64,000 bases of DNA from Lingula anatina (Eukaryota; Animalia; Brachiopoda). The first letter of the stretch is position 1, and the number at the start of each line of letters is the position of its first letter. The stretch spans positions 53,856,788 to 53,920,787 of the forward strand of contig CM120640.1 of NCBI GenBank assembly GCA_051362555.1. Reading direction: 5' to 3'. Of the stretch, positions 27,601 to 41,400 are shown piece by piece. Under the pieces are notes generated by a model, which was not told the origin of the DNA, did no database searches, and saw only the letters and a list, made by a program, of their open reading frames with translations. Position numbers and translations under genes: made by a program.

Positions 27601-30600
27601 GCAAGCTATACCTCAATCACTTGCAGTCAACTCTGATAACTAAGGTATGGATGGTACAGTGCATTCATATAAGGAATTGAAAAGACCATAAAAGGGAAAA
27701 AAAGCTAGACAAGAGTGTTTTAACAGTTACATAGTGAGTATATATTTATATTTGAGGGAAGGGGAGGGATCTGTTAACATTGCAGGAAAGAAATGCTATC
27801 TCCTGAGACAATCCTTTGTCTCAGTGCACTGGTAAACTGATATTGACCCTGAGACACACCTAGCTCAGCACATAAATCTCCTAAAATTATATGTAATTCT
27901 GGATTTAATGATAGTCTGAACATCAAGATAGTACGATATATCATAGGGTCCAGTTGTAAAAAATGTTCCAGTTTATGCAAAACAACGTTGGCCAAAGAGC
28001 TGCATGTCAAGATTTGCAACATGACCAACCTTGTGTAGAGAATAAAATGTTTTTTTTTTAATATTATTATTGACTCCAATTTTCTCTAAAAAAAGAAATA
28101 TTCCTCAGGTCAACTAATTTTATTTTCTATTTATTTTTTTAGATAACAGAAATAGTGTAAAAAATGCAGCATTTTGCCGAACAATATTCATAGGGGAATA
28201 TGAATTTAATTTAGAATTATCACTTAACTTAAAAAAAAGACAATGTATATTGAAAATAAAAAAAGAATTAGAAATTAGTGCATCTTAATAGGAACATACC
28301 ACAGTAATTATGCCAGACTTATCTACCCATCACAGAAATCAAGTATACAAAATTCACAGCCCAAATTTTAACTCAAGAATTGTCTAAAATAGGCTGCTGG
28401 GACCTCACAAGGAAGATGTAGGGGAACCAGTCACCAACTTTCCAAAAGCTCCATGGGAGGCTTATATTCCATATCAGGTAAACCCATTTTCATAAATGCA
28501 TGTATTCACAAGTTTTTGACAAGGAAGGAGGACAGACTGACTGACACCTGTTCTATAGGATCTATAGCTTGTGGCATCAATTAAATATCCAGGCGTACAA
28601 TTGCACATAAAAAAGTGAGGTGCTGACTTTAAAACTTCTCTGAGGTATTCAGATACTTCATTTGAGGACACCACATGCGCTCTCCAGTGACATGAGCCAT
28701 GATAATGCATAAATAATTACAAACCTGTATTAACAAAGGTAAGAAATTGATTAGAAGCAAAACAGCCTTTCTCATTGATGATGTGCATAATGTGGGTCAA
28801 ACAGACCTCTTTTTTATTATCCAGATAACAATACATGATGCCCTGTTTAACAGCCAGGATTTAGGAATGCTTGTGTATGGTGTCAGTAAAATGTACATCA
28901 GAACAGTCATTTTCAAAACAGCAGATATTACATCTTACACACAAAGGATATAGGGGCATGTCAGATAGTTGTCGAATACTGCATTTGTCAAAAGAGGCAG
29001 ATGCTTAATTGAAGTTTGAAGTGATCTCATCAGCCAAATTTGTCTATTGGTATCAGAATTTGTCTATTGGTATCCCTATAAGATATATTTAACATCATGA
29101 CAAAGCATGAAATTGACTTAATCACAGGCTTGTTGATTTGAACTGAAATTGATTTAATGTGAACTCAATGAAACAAAGAGCCTAGTACAAAAATATATAT
29201 TGGAAGAGTCAGAAGACCAGACAAATTTAATTGGCTATTTCACATCGATAATGTGTTATTATATCAAGATCAAAGAAAACCTTCAAACACCAACAAGAAC
29301 AGGCAATAATTGCCTTCCTTGGAAAATATTTGGTCTGCTAATATATATTATATAAAGAAAAAGATCAACAGCATGGAGTTGAATCTGAAAATTCATAGCT
29401 CATTCTACTTAACATGAATTGTAAGAATCAATACAGAAGAATAAATAGAAAAGCAGTTCACAAACCTGGGTTTCAATTAATAATCAGTATAACATGATAA
29501 TAAGGAAAGTGAAAGACTTGTTGCAATAACCAGTTGGCTGGTTGGTCAATTTACACATTTCATTACAAAAATATCAACAGTCACACAACATATGAGCATC
29601 TTAAAATGCAGGCTGGTTGTGAACCTGGTAATTATATATATATAATGACATTCAATAACATGCAAATCTATCAAACAACCTAAACAATGATACCCCATCC
29701 CCTAGTACATATAACTTCTACAACACAGAGATACTTCCATCTCCCACTCAAAAATAGTTTATGCAATACCTGACACATGCATGGGTACAGTATATCATAC
29801 ATGCAAGCTACATAGAAAATTTTAGCCACACAAGCAAGGAAACGGTGTACCAGTAAAGCATGGATATGCTTCATGAAAGTCTGTTAATTATACACTAAGC
29901 ACATCATACCAGTCTATTCTAAAACCAGTTTCACATGTAACAAAACAATGTGCCAAAACCACCAACCTAATCAATGGACATCTTTTACCAACTAAAACAA
30001 CTACCTGTGAAAGTCATGACATGGTACCACAATACAACATGCAAAAATTAGGGGTCAAAATCACAAAATTAATAAAGTCAGTGGATGATGAGAAGAAAGG
30101 TTAAAAACTTAAATGCAGTGTATCTATGTAAAAACAATGAACATTCACATGGGGGATCACATTCACAGTTCCAGATTGGTATTACTTCCATTTTATAATT
30201 GTAAAGAGTTTTGTCACACAAAAAGAAGTAATCTTCCAGAAAAAAACCTTCAAGACAAATAGCCTTCTTATCTATTTGTATGGCTCTATGCTTTCTCGTG
30301 AACAAATAATCTATTTACTTTTATTCAAATGGCTTTCTTATAGTCCTTCCTACCATATTGTAATTTTTCAATTTCGAAGCATTTGTTGACTTAAATAAAC
30401 TAAAAACAAGGGCACTGCAAGTTGGAACATTATGTGCCCAAAGGATGAGCCACTTCTTTAACAAGCTTTATTGGTCAGGATTTAAAGTATACAGTTGTGC
30501 ATAATAAGGGTAGATATAAACTGTCCTACAAGATATCATTGGAAGTGAAAGAAACTTTCTAAAAATTCAAAGGACTCTAAAGACAAGTACAGAAAATGTA

Positions 30601-33600
30601 GTCAAAGTAGTTTAAAGGTCAAATTCAAGGTCACATTTGGATCTGTAAAATGTGATTTTCATATTCAAGTTTAATGGTTATAGAGAAGATAAATTTTGAG
30701 ATTCAAGGCCAAAATTGAAATAAAAAAGTGCCCTTCACTGTAAAAAAGAGTAGGCCAAAGGCCAAATTTAAAGCCAAATTTGGATTTGGCACTTATTATT
30801 CTTTATTCAAATTAAAAGTAAATATGGGTTCATCTCTTCTAGTTTTGGAGAAATAAGGCCAGGAAAATTGAAAAAGTGCACTTTATTATAAAAACTAGTT
30901 CAAAGGTAAAATTAAATGGAGCATTCACAATTATCTCACATTTATGAAGAACTGCATATTAATATCAATCATCCAGGTGAGTATGAAGAAAAAAAAGTAG
31001 GAATTATCTGCATAAAAATTGATGGACAAATGGATAACATACAGTTCCATGCTATATAATTAAATGGTCCCTATGGGCATATGACAAGGATGTAACGTAA
31101 CATATCGCCTGAAAACCTGTTTGTACTTCTTTGATCAACTTTCTTGGAAAAATAAACATAAGAAACACGCAGACCATGCAACAATAATATTTTTAAGCAC
31201 ATGAAATGCGCAAATAATTTGGTCATTTGAATTGATGACATTTTCACCCTTTACATCAAGTTTAGGTGTACTACCAATCAAAACTAGAGGATCAGAGAGG
31301 CGATACCGCCTCCGAATATTGTACCACCAGCTGGAGCAAGCGCATTCGTATAGACCCCCACATACACAAAATAAGGGACACAGCCACCAGTTTTGTGCTT
31401 GACAAGCTGTAAAAATGCAATCAACAAGAATTTTTAAACTATTGCAAAAAACATATATGGTACAATCAAATTTAAGTTCTTCGTAAGGTAGGTCAAGGGT
31501 CAATTTCAAGGTCACAGTAAATTGCCAGTATATGACTTCCTATTCAAGTTCAAGAGTAACTATGGACCTATCTCTGTCAGTTTTGGAGATAAAAGGGAAG
31601 CAAAATTTGCAAAGTTCAGTTTATGGTGAAAAGTAGGACAAAGGTCAATTTTAATGTCACATTTATAATGCCAGTATATGACTTCCTATTCAAGTTCAAT
31701 AGTAACTACGGACCTATCTCAGCCAGTTTTGGAGATAAAAGGAAAGCAAAATTTGCAAAATTCAGTTTATTGTGTAAAGTAGGTCAAAGGTCAATTTTAA
31801 GGTCACATTTAGATTGCCAGTATATGACTTCCTTTTCAAGTTCAATAGTAACTATGGACCTATCTCTGCCAGTTTTGGAGATAAAAGGAAAGCAAAATTT
31901 GCAAAATTCAGTTCATGGTGAAAAGTAGGTCAAAGGTCAATTTCAAGGTCACATTTAGATTGCCAGTATATGACTTCCTATTCAAGTTCAATAGTAACTA
32001 TGGACCTATCTCAGCCAGTTTTGGAGATAAAAGGGAAGCAAAATTTGCAAAATTCAGTTCATGGTGAAAAGTAGGTCAAAGGTCAATTTCAAGGTCACAT
32101 TTAGATTGCCAGTATATGACTTCCTATTCAAGTTCAATAGTAACTATGGACCTATCTCTGCCAGTTTTGGAGATAAAAGGGAAGCAAAATTTGCAAAGTT
32201 CAGTTTATGGTGAAAAGTAGGTCAAAGGTCAATTTTGAGGTCACATTTAGATTGCCAGTATATGACTTCCTATTCAAGTTCAATAGTAACTACGGACCTA
32301 TCTCAGCCAGTTTTGGAGATAAAAGGAAAGCAAAATTTGCAAAATTCAGTTCATGGTGTAAAGTAGGTCAAAGGTCAATTTTAAGGTCACATTTAGATTG
32401 CCAGTATATGACTTCCTATTCAAGTTCAATAGTAACTATGGACCTATCTCTGCCAGTTTTGGAGATAAAAGGGAAGCAAAATTTGCAAAGTTCAGTTTAT
32501 GGTGAAAAGTAGGACAAAGGTCAATTTTAATGTCACATTTATAATGCCAGTATATGACTTCCTATTCAAGTTCAATAGTAACTACGGACCTATCTCAGCC
32601 AGTTTTGGAGATAAAAGGAAAGCAAAATTTGCAAAATTCAGTTTATTGTGTAAAGTAGGTCAAAGGTCAATTTTAAGGTCACATTTAGATTGCCAGTATA
32701 TGACTTCCTTTTCAAGTTCAATAGTAACTATGGACCTATCTCTGCCAGTTTTGGAGATAAAAGGAAAGCAAAATTTGCAAAATTCAGTTCATGGTGAAAA
32801 GTAGGTCAAAGGTCAATTTCAAGGTCACATTTAGATTGCCAGTATATGACTTCCTATTCAAGTTCAATAGTAACTATGGACCTATCTCAGCCAGTTTTGG
32901 AGTTAAAAGGGAAGCAAAATTTGCAAAATTCAGTTCATGGTGAAAAGTAGGTCAAAGGTCAATTTCAAGGTCACATTTAGATTGCCAGTATATGACTTCC
33001 TATTCAAGTTCAATAGTAACTATGGACCTATCTCTGCCAGTTTTGGAGATAAAAGGGAAGCAAAATTTGCAAAGTTCAGTTTATGGTGAAAAGTAGGTCA
33101 AAGGTCAATTTTGAGGTCACATTTAGATTGCCAGTATATGACTTCCTATTCAAGTTCAATAGTAACTACGGACCTATCTCTGCCAGTTTTGGAGATAAAA
33201 GGAAAGCAAAATTTGCAAAATTCAGTTCATGGTGAAAAGTAGGTCAAAGGTCACTTTCAAGGTCATAGTAAGATTGCCAGTATATGACTTCCTATTCAAC
33301 TTCAATAGTAACTATGGACCTATCTCTGCCAGTTTTGGAGATAAAAGGGAAGAAAAATTTGCAAAGTTCAGTTCATGGTGAAAAGTAGGTCAAAGGTCAC
33401 TTTCAAGGTCATAGTAAGATTGCCAGTATATGACTTCCTATTCAACTTCAATAGTAACTATGGACCTATCTCTGCCAGTTTTGGAGATATAAGGGACTAA
33501 ATGTTATAATTTTGGAGTTACCATAATGTGCCTTAAATTTCGTACAGAAAAAATTAATTAAAATAAAGAAAATGTCATTTTGGTCAAAATTCTTGAAATA

Positions 33601-36600
33601 GGAGGTGCTCTGAAGTTTCAGAAGTTCAAATTTGATGAAATAATGTCATTTTTGAACACAAGTTGTCTGCTTTACCAAGCCTTATGTTTTATTTTTCCAG
33701 AGTTCAAAATTTATTATCCATTACCGTACTGCACATTTTGCTTTTACCACCAATATGTACTTTTTGATACAGCGTAACTCGAAAACCGTATGGAATACAA
33801 AAAAACCGAGACCACCTCCAGTGTTGGGCTTTACATGCTCTACAAAATGCAAAAAAGAATGGGTCTCTAGCATTAACGGTTCCCGAATTAGAGACAGTTT
33901 TCAGTTTCGGTATCTTATGGCCGCTACTCCCGTGAAAATGCACCGATTGACCCCAAATTCATGGAGATGAAAGATGACCTGAAGGGTAACACCTTCCAAT
34001 AATATTATTGGTTAAGTCTGTGTGGTGTCTGAATAACAGGGCAAAAAAAAATTTTTTCGTAAAAAATTTCATTTTTTTGAAAATTTTGGCCCATTTGACC
34101 TTGAAGTAAAGGTCAAAGGTCAAATCCAAGGGTATATTTGAAATCTACACATATGACTTTTGGAAAGCCGTCTATAGAAATTTTTCCCATAACTCCTTCC
34201 ATAGGGTAGATAATTAGCATTTAATTTTGCCATTTTTAGACAAGGGTGCATTGCAATGAGTGCCACACCCAGACCCCAATACCGACAAAGCCCAAATTTT
34301 ACGTGGAACGAGTTGAGATTATAGGTGACCTAAATCCATGAGATGGGAACGGGGGCCCTTACCGTCTAGGAGGAGAAGCGGTAACGGTAGCCGTCCGGCG
34401 GAGCCAACGGAGCCGGCGGAGCCGGCGGAGCCGGCGGAACGATCCGGACGGGACCGAAACCATGTGTACCGCCAGCGCTAACGCTGGTGGTACAATTACC
34501 ATGTATTACACAAATCAAAGCATTCTAGGAAAAAGCAATCAAGCAGGTACATCAAGTGATCACCTTGTCATGTACCTGCAGATACTTTTGACAGAGCAAA
34601 TTCCTAAAGAAAGACACAATTTGAGAAAGACCTCTTGGGATAAGTGAAAAGTCTCTCCCTTCCCCAGAAATACTTTTCATTTGACATACTGTGAAAATCC
34701 TTTATTTTTCGGTCATGCGATTATCTACAGGAATATTCTGCTTGACCACAGGCAAAAACTTCATTCAACAATTCAAAATACAACACTTGCAGCAGGCTTT
34801 GTAAGGAAAAGGGTAGGCCTCATGGCAGAAAGTTCAGTGACATGAAAAAATTAAGCACAAGAGAGATGAAATGGGTTAACTGAAGGCCAAAAATTATACA
34901 ATTGACAGCACTCTCAACTTTATTATTCAAAGGCTAGACCAAATTTGATGTCTAATGCAGGTAGTTACTAAATTATTTGTTTCAGAACTTACATTTTTCA
35001 TTATGATATCTCTCCATTTATACTTCTTTCTTTTCTATCTCTAACACGATAAGTGCCCTTAAGGGCCATGCATTGAGCAAGAGAGAGAGAGAAAGAAAGA
35101 GAACTTGACTCTAAACAAGACAGGAACAAGATGGCAATTGAAGATATGAAGCATAGGGATAAATTTGTGGTAACTGCAGAGGGTGTTGGTCACTGGACAG
35201 TGCAGTAAAGTTCAACAGGGCCAAGATAATGAAATGTAATTGCCAAAATCCTTGAAATAACATGGACTGCCTGACTAAAAGTTAAAACTATAATGTTCCA
35301 ATTTACCAAATCATTAGCTACATTCTTCCACAAACTTCAAATTGTTTAGAACAGTTGGTAAACATATCAAGAGTAAAAACACATAAAATTGCTTATCATC
35401 TGATAATATTTCATGAATCCAGCTACAGTTCAAAATGTCAGAGAGCATTCACATCGATAAGAGCCGGTGTCTAGCAAGGCCAAGACCTAAATATGGTGAA
35501 CCTTCATGAAAGGTCTCTCAATGACATTCACTGAGTGACTATTAAAGGATTACGCGGTTTCCTTTCATGTAGGTCCGCCATATTTGGGTCTCGGCCTTGC
35601 TAGTCCTTGGCTCTTCTCGATGTGAATGCTTTCCTATTCCCCCCAAAATTGAAATGTTAAAAATCTTTTTAAAAATTATATATAACAATTCCTAAAAAAG
35701 GCCATACCCTCTCCCTTTCTGTGCCTAACATCTATCTAAAACAAACAGAATATGCCTATGTGTATATAAACATATATCACAAAACTTATTTTATAATTGT
35801 ATACATATATATAGATATATATGTGAGGGGGGACAGGTGGGAAAATGGCTCTCAAGTCTAGACATTTGATACCTGATCAGTGGCAAACTGAGTGGTCATC
35901 TCCTGATGTGAATAGATTAGAAAATACAGATGTGCTATTTAGTACAAATGTAGTGTACATAGAAGACAATTTCATATTTCCTTCATATCTAGTATTTCAG
36001 ATTATTTTAAGGTTAGCATGATATAAAACAAAATGGTGCATTACAAGACATTTATTTCAATATTAGAATAGTTGTGCTTATCCAATACCATTGTAGTTTG
36101 TTCATTCCCAATGTACAATACAGGGGATTTTTTAAGGATAAAAAACATGAAATGTCAATCAAACATGTTATGTGATGGAGAAGATGCTGGATAACCAATT
36201 TGCAAAATACCACAAAATATTTTTAAAATGTTTAAAAACCCAAAATAAACCAGTCAGACTTATTTTCTCCCAGCAAATTTAAAGTAAAAAAATAAGTACA
36301 GCTTGCCAGGTAAGTAAGAATGTTAAAAAAATGATTCACTTAATTTTCATACTTAATGTGCCTTTTCTACCAAAATGAGATAAAAATAGATTGGTAGTCA
36401 TGTGGTTAATGTTGCCAATTAAGTGAAAAAAAAACCACATAAATATCAATTACTTTGATTCATAAAAACTATCCTTCCAGACAATTTTAAGTTAAAAAAA
36501 TGGGTTCAGTAGGTATGGGGTTAATGTTGCAAAAAATAAATAAATAAATAAAAATAAATAAATAAACAAATAAAATAAAATAATAATAATAATAAATAAA

Positions 36601-37048
36601 TAAATATAAAAAATATAAAATTGGTATAAAAATCTGATTACACTAATTCTCAAACTTTCGGATTTTTGCCTAAGAAAAGAACTCAGTAAATGTGAAATAA
36701 AACAAAAATATTGCTTGGCCCCTTTAGGGTGAACAACAGATGTGTCAGACAGCAACAGACACTTTAAGTGTATTGAAAAAAAAAAAAAAAAAAAAAAAAA
36801 CCAGTACTGGACAGTATTTTTATGGTAATTATGCAAAAATTTGCAAATAATTTCAATTTTACAATATTCATGATTTATCATTTTGTTATTTATAAAAACA
36901 TACTTATTCCCAACAACAAATTCTGCTTTTTGGAACACAGGGAATTATTATTTGAGTGTCTCTATCAACATTTGCTTAGGGATATATACAAAATTTAATT
37001 TGTTCAAATCGATACATAGAGTGATTGCTATGTATCAGCTTGGCTCAT

Positions 37049-37099
<51 letters not shown>

Positions 37100-38328
37100 T
37101 TTAAAAAAAGCTGAAAGCAAGAAAATTTAATGACTAATTTAATGACTAAGAATTCTGTATACTCTTCCACAGCAAAAGACAAAAGAGATGAATTAGTGCC
37201 ACTGAATTTCAGGATAGCTCATTAATTATCATGCTAATCAGATTGTGGAATGAGGTGACCTCTGACTCCAATTTTGCCATTCATGTACCTGCCTTAGAGG
37301 AAAAAAAGGGAAACAGTTTACCAATTATACTAAATCTAAACTTCTGGCTAATTCATTAAAAACAGGGAGCAGAGAGCTATTCAGAAATTCAGACACTAAA
37401 AATCAATCCTGAATGTTGGTTTCTCGCTATAGTGACTAACTGAAACAGAACATTCTTTTAAAGATATTTTAGAAATATGAAAAGAACCACTGAATAGTAA
37501 ACGAAACAAATAATATATACCATATCAAAGGAACAAAGAAAGTAAATCATCACTTCCATGTAGATTGGCAGCTAGCAAATGTTATATTAAAGCATACATA
37601 GAGGTAATGTCAAACAAATTAGAGCAAACACAAATTTAAGAAAATAAATCAATTTAACAGTTATACTGAATATTTATAATACAGTCAAACATTTGTCACT
37701 GAAGGTTAAACAAGTTCATAACAATGTATAGACAACAAGGGTTGAACAGAAGGGTGTATCATATATCATAGCATTTAACTGCCACGATGACCATCATCAT
37801 GACCTTTGGGCATGTTCTTGTCCAAGAAATCTGTCCCACACCCATCAAGGTACATCTAAAGTGACTCTGGCATGGCCAACAGATCATATAGCAGTATTTA
37901 TTTTATGCAAATTCAAACATAAGAGTGACTTGTAAAAGTGGAATGACACTGCATTTGAGGCCTCTGCCTGTTTAAACCCACTAGTATCTCAAGCTGAAAC
38001 AAAACTGGATTGCTTTTCTAGTCTTGCATATTCAAACTAAAAAAAATTGACTGAACATCTACAGGTCTGAGAATGTATTTGTATAGCTATGCCTGCTGAG
38101 AGGAGATATATTACAAACTGCAGTATGGAAGCTAGTATCCTAAAACCAATGTTGTACCTGCAGTAACATGTGACCAGTGGCTGTTGTGAAAGTGTGCCAT
38201 TCTCCCAACACAAATCATGCTGTGAAATGCAGTTTGTCATATATCATAACAATGAGTGCCACAAGCATTTCCCACCTGTCTCTCAGTATTATATAACAAC
38301 AACCACTCCATGCTCTAAACACTATGCC

Positions 38329-38424
<96 letters not shown>

Positions 38425-41400
38425 CAGTCCTCATAAACAATAATTGCCATTTGCCAACACGGCCCTCAGATTTGGGAGCACAAATGCACAAATTAATGAC
38501 TCCAGCAACAAATAAAGTACACCAGCATAAAATTACTTGCCACAAGCCCAGCATTTCATTACACAAACAATTTTGCCAGCTTCCATCCAGATCTCTGGCT
38601 GTGTGCTTAGCCCCCTTATGAGTTCTATTTATCAATCCAGGACTGTTTCAATATGGCATAAGATACCAGAAACAGAGTGTTAGAGTTTTTAGAGTTTCTC
38701 AATCACAAAAGAGTGATATTTTATCCCCTTTCTGCATCTGTGACAAAAGAGAAAGGATTTCTGACATCCATGCCAAAGCCCAATAAAGTGACCTGAGGTT
38801 AACTGACAGATTTTGAGGAGGAGAAAGACCTTAGTTGCCTTTAGAAGTAGTCTTTAGAAAGATAAAGAATATGTAAAAAGTCTCAAAACAAACCAATGTT
38901 TTCATATATACTTCTATCCATACTGCTTATTATTACAACAGCAATGCATTTTCGACAATCTCTGACTCATATGGAATGTACCAAATGGGTAGATAAACAG
39001 ATTAACAGTTTGTGTAATGAAACATTGTGGCAACTAATTTTACGTTGGAGTACTTACTTTGTGGCTGGAGTTGTTAATTTGGTCATTTTTGCTTACAAAT
39101 CTGAGGCTCGAGTTAGCAAATGTCACACGTGTGTGTGTGTGTGTGAGTGTGTGCGTGCTGCATGATATATACACATGATAACCTCACATATATACATAAT
39201 CTAAACACCGCACATACTGATGTGCACAGGGGAATATACTAAGCTTTACCTTGGTTAATTTCTCATCATCTGGAGATACGCTATCATTGCCTTCGCACTT
39301 TGGAGAGAATAAAAAATTGGAATGTCAAATATATGGCTAGTCAACAGTCTTTGAGCAAATATTACAATTTAGCAGTTGGTTTTGCTGTGCTATTGAAGAA
39401 AGCTGCTGAATATACAGATATCCGTGTCAGCTGAGGTCTTTGGAAAGGACTTACACACATCTATTATCTCGAATTCTTAGGCAGAACCAGATTATGAAGA
39501 GGAGGAAAGCCACATGATTAAGTATTCATTAAAAAGTTAGCCCAAATCTTGATCACCATCAAGAATTTAACCTTTTCCTTTATACCATTATTCCTTTTAT
39601 ATCATTGGTTTCTGCATGGTAAAAGTTATATATCTAGCATCAGAGAGCACAATTTCTGAAGCATTTGCCATTCAACAAGTTACATGGACATATCCAACAA
39701 TGTCACTTCCTCTTTGGTCAGATTTCTGATTCTGCCTTGTCTACAAAACCAAAGCACTACAACAACAACATTTACACATACAAATACTCCAATCTGAACA
39801 AATAAACATGGCCATTTTGTTGATTTGAACACAATCTTCACCACATCTAGTGCTATATACATATTTAACAGAAATGTATATTTAAAAAAATCAATAGAAG
39901 GCACACCCTGGCCTTTAAAAAGATAATGATGGCTGAATTTAAGATAAAACAGTACATTTGAAGAATAAAGGTATACCTGGAAGGATAAGGACACTACACC
40001 TACATATGCAGTAGCATAAACATGGTGTTGTGAGAGTCATCATTCTTTCAATGGACATTCCATCTAAAACTTATCAAATAAGGTAAAAGATGGACCCAAC
40101 TTGCAGAAGCGCTAATAAAAGCCACACATCCAAAATGATAATATACTAATGTGAGATGATCAGATATTGTTAACTACACAGTCACGTGACATAGGTTTGT
40201 GTTAAACTGCATGATTGAATAGTACAAATTATAGGACATAGCCTACAGAAACCACCGCCAAATGGGAGAGGTAATGCAGTCACTAAAGCTTATTTCTCAG
40301 TCTGTCTGATAGAAAGATTACTAAAAATCCAGAGATTAAACAATATCTATGATTGAAATTTGATTTGAGAGGATTTCTTTTCTAATCCTTTAAAATTTAA
40401 AAAGAATCAAAAACTGTAAATTTTAACAATTTCATCTTCCCCCAAATCTTAAATAGCAATGGAATCAAGGTATCCTGTCACTAGTCAATAAATGGTCTAC
40501 ATTTCCCATTGGCGGGGGCATGCGCTCTCTGAGAGCCTGTAGTTTACACAGAGAAATGTCTGCAAATAAAACACATCAAGCAGTCAAGGGAGGTCTACCC
40601 ACATAAGCTTATAGCATGTGTGATCAGTGTAGAGGATTCAATGCAATACCAGTAGTCAGGTATTAAATCAATAACACAATGCATTAAGAACTGTGAAAAT
40701 ATGAAAAAGAAAATGGCTTCAAATATAAATTATATAGCTCTACTAAGACAGGTCAGCTCAAAGACTAAATAATTCTAAATATGCTCTTTAAAATCAATGT
40801 GGAATCAAACAATAAGCTGAACACTACTAATTGATGCACTATTGACAAAGTGAATGGGAAACACAGTGTTTCTATAGCTTCCTCAGCAGACTCAGCTGCT
40901 TGTCACAACGGACTAGCTACCACGGACTTGGAAACCAAGTTTACCTGGACTAATTTAGCAGACAATACTACCCGCTAGAATCCAGAATATATTGCATTTA
41001 TCTTAAATTCAATTTTATATTTAATTCTAATGAACCACATTAACTTCAATATACTAAGTGTTAAATGTGTTAATAGCATTTTTGAAGATATACTAGACTA
41101 GGTATAATTAATAAAAATAGAAATCAGAATTTTCAATCACTTGGCCAAACCTTAGGCATATCTGATAGTAACATTCATAATAAAATATCAAACAAACATC
41201 TTGTTAAGTTTTATTTTAATAAACAAGTCTATTTATCCTGCATTTCATGTAACACTTTACTTTTAACATACATGTATTCAATCATTTTCAAATATGTGCC
41301 TGCAGTCCAGTGGAAAGATATATTTTCATTTAATTCTTATTTCAATCTTGTACTTCATGACAAAGAGAGAGAAACTGTATGGTTTAATCTTTATTATATG

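Noticed and set aside
31623-32804. Three near-identical 101-aa ORFs
   Set aside because: By-product of the 146-bp tandem unit, which is not a multiple of 3; non-coding satellite
31484-33496. CRISPR-like regular repeats
   Set aside because: Whole units are repeated with no unique spacers; eukaryotic intron; no cas genes
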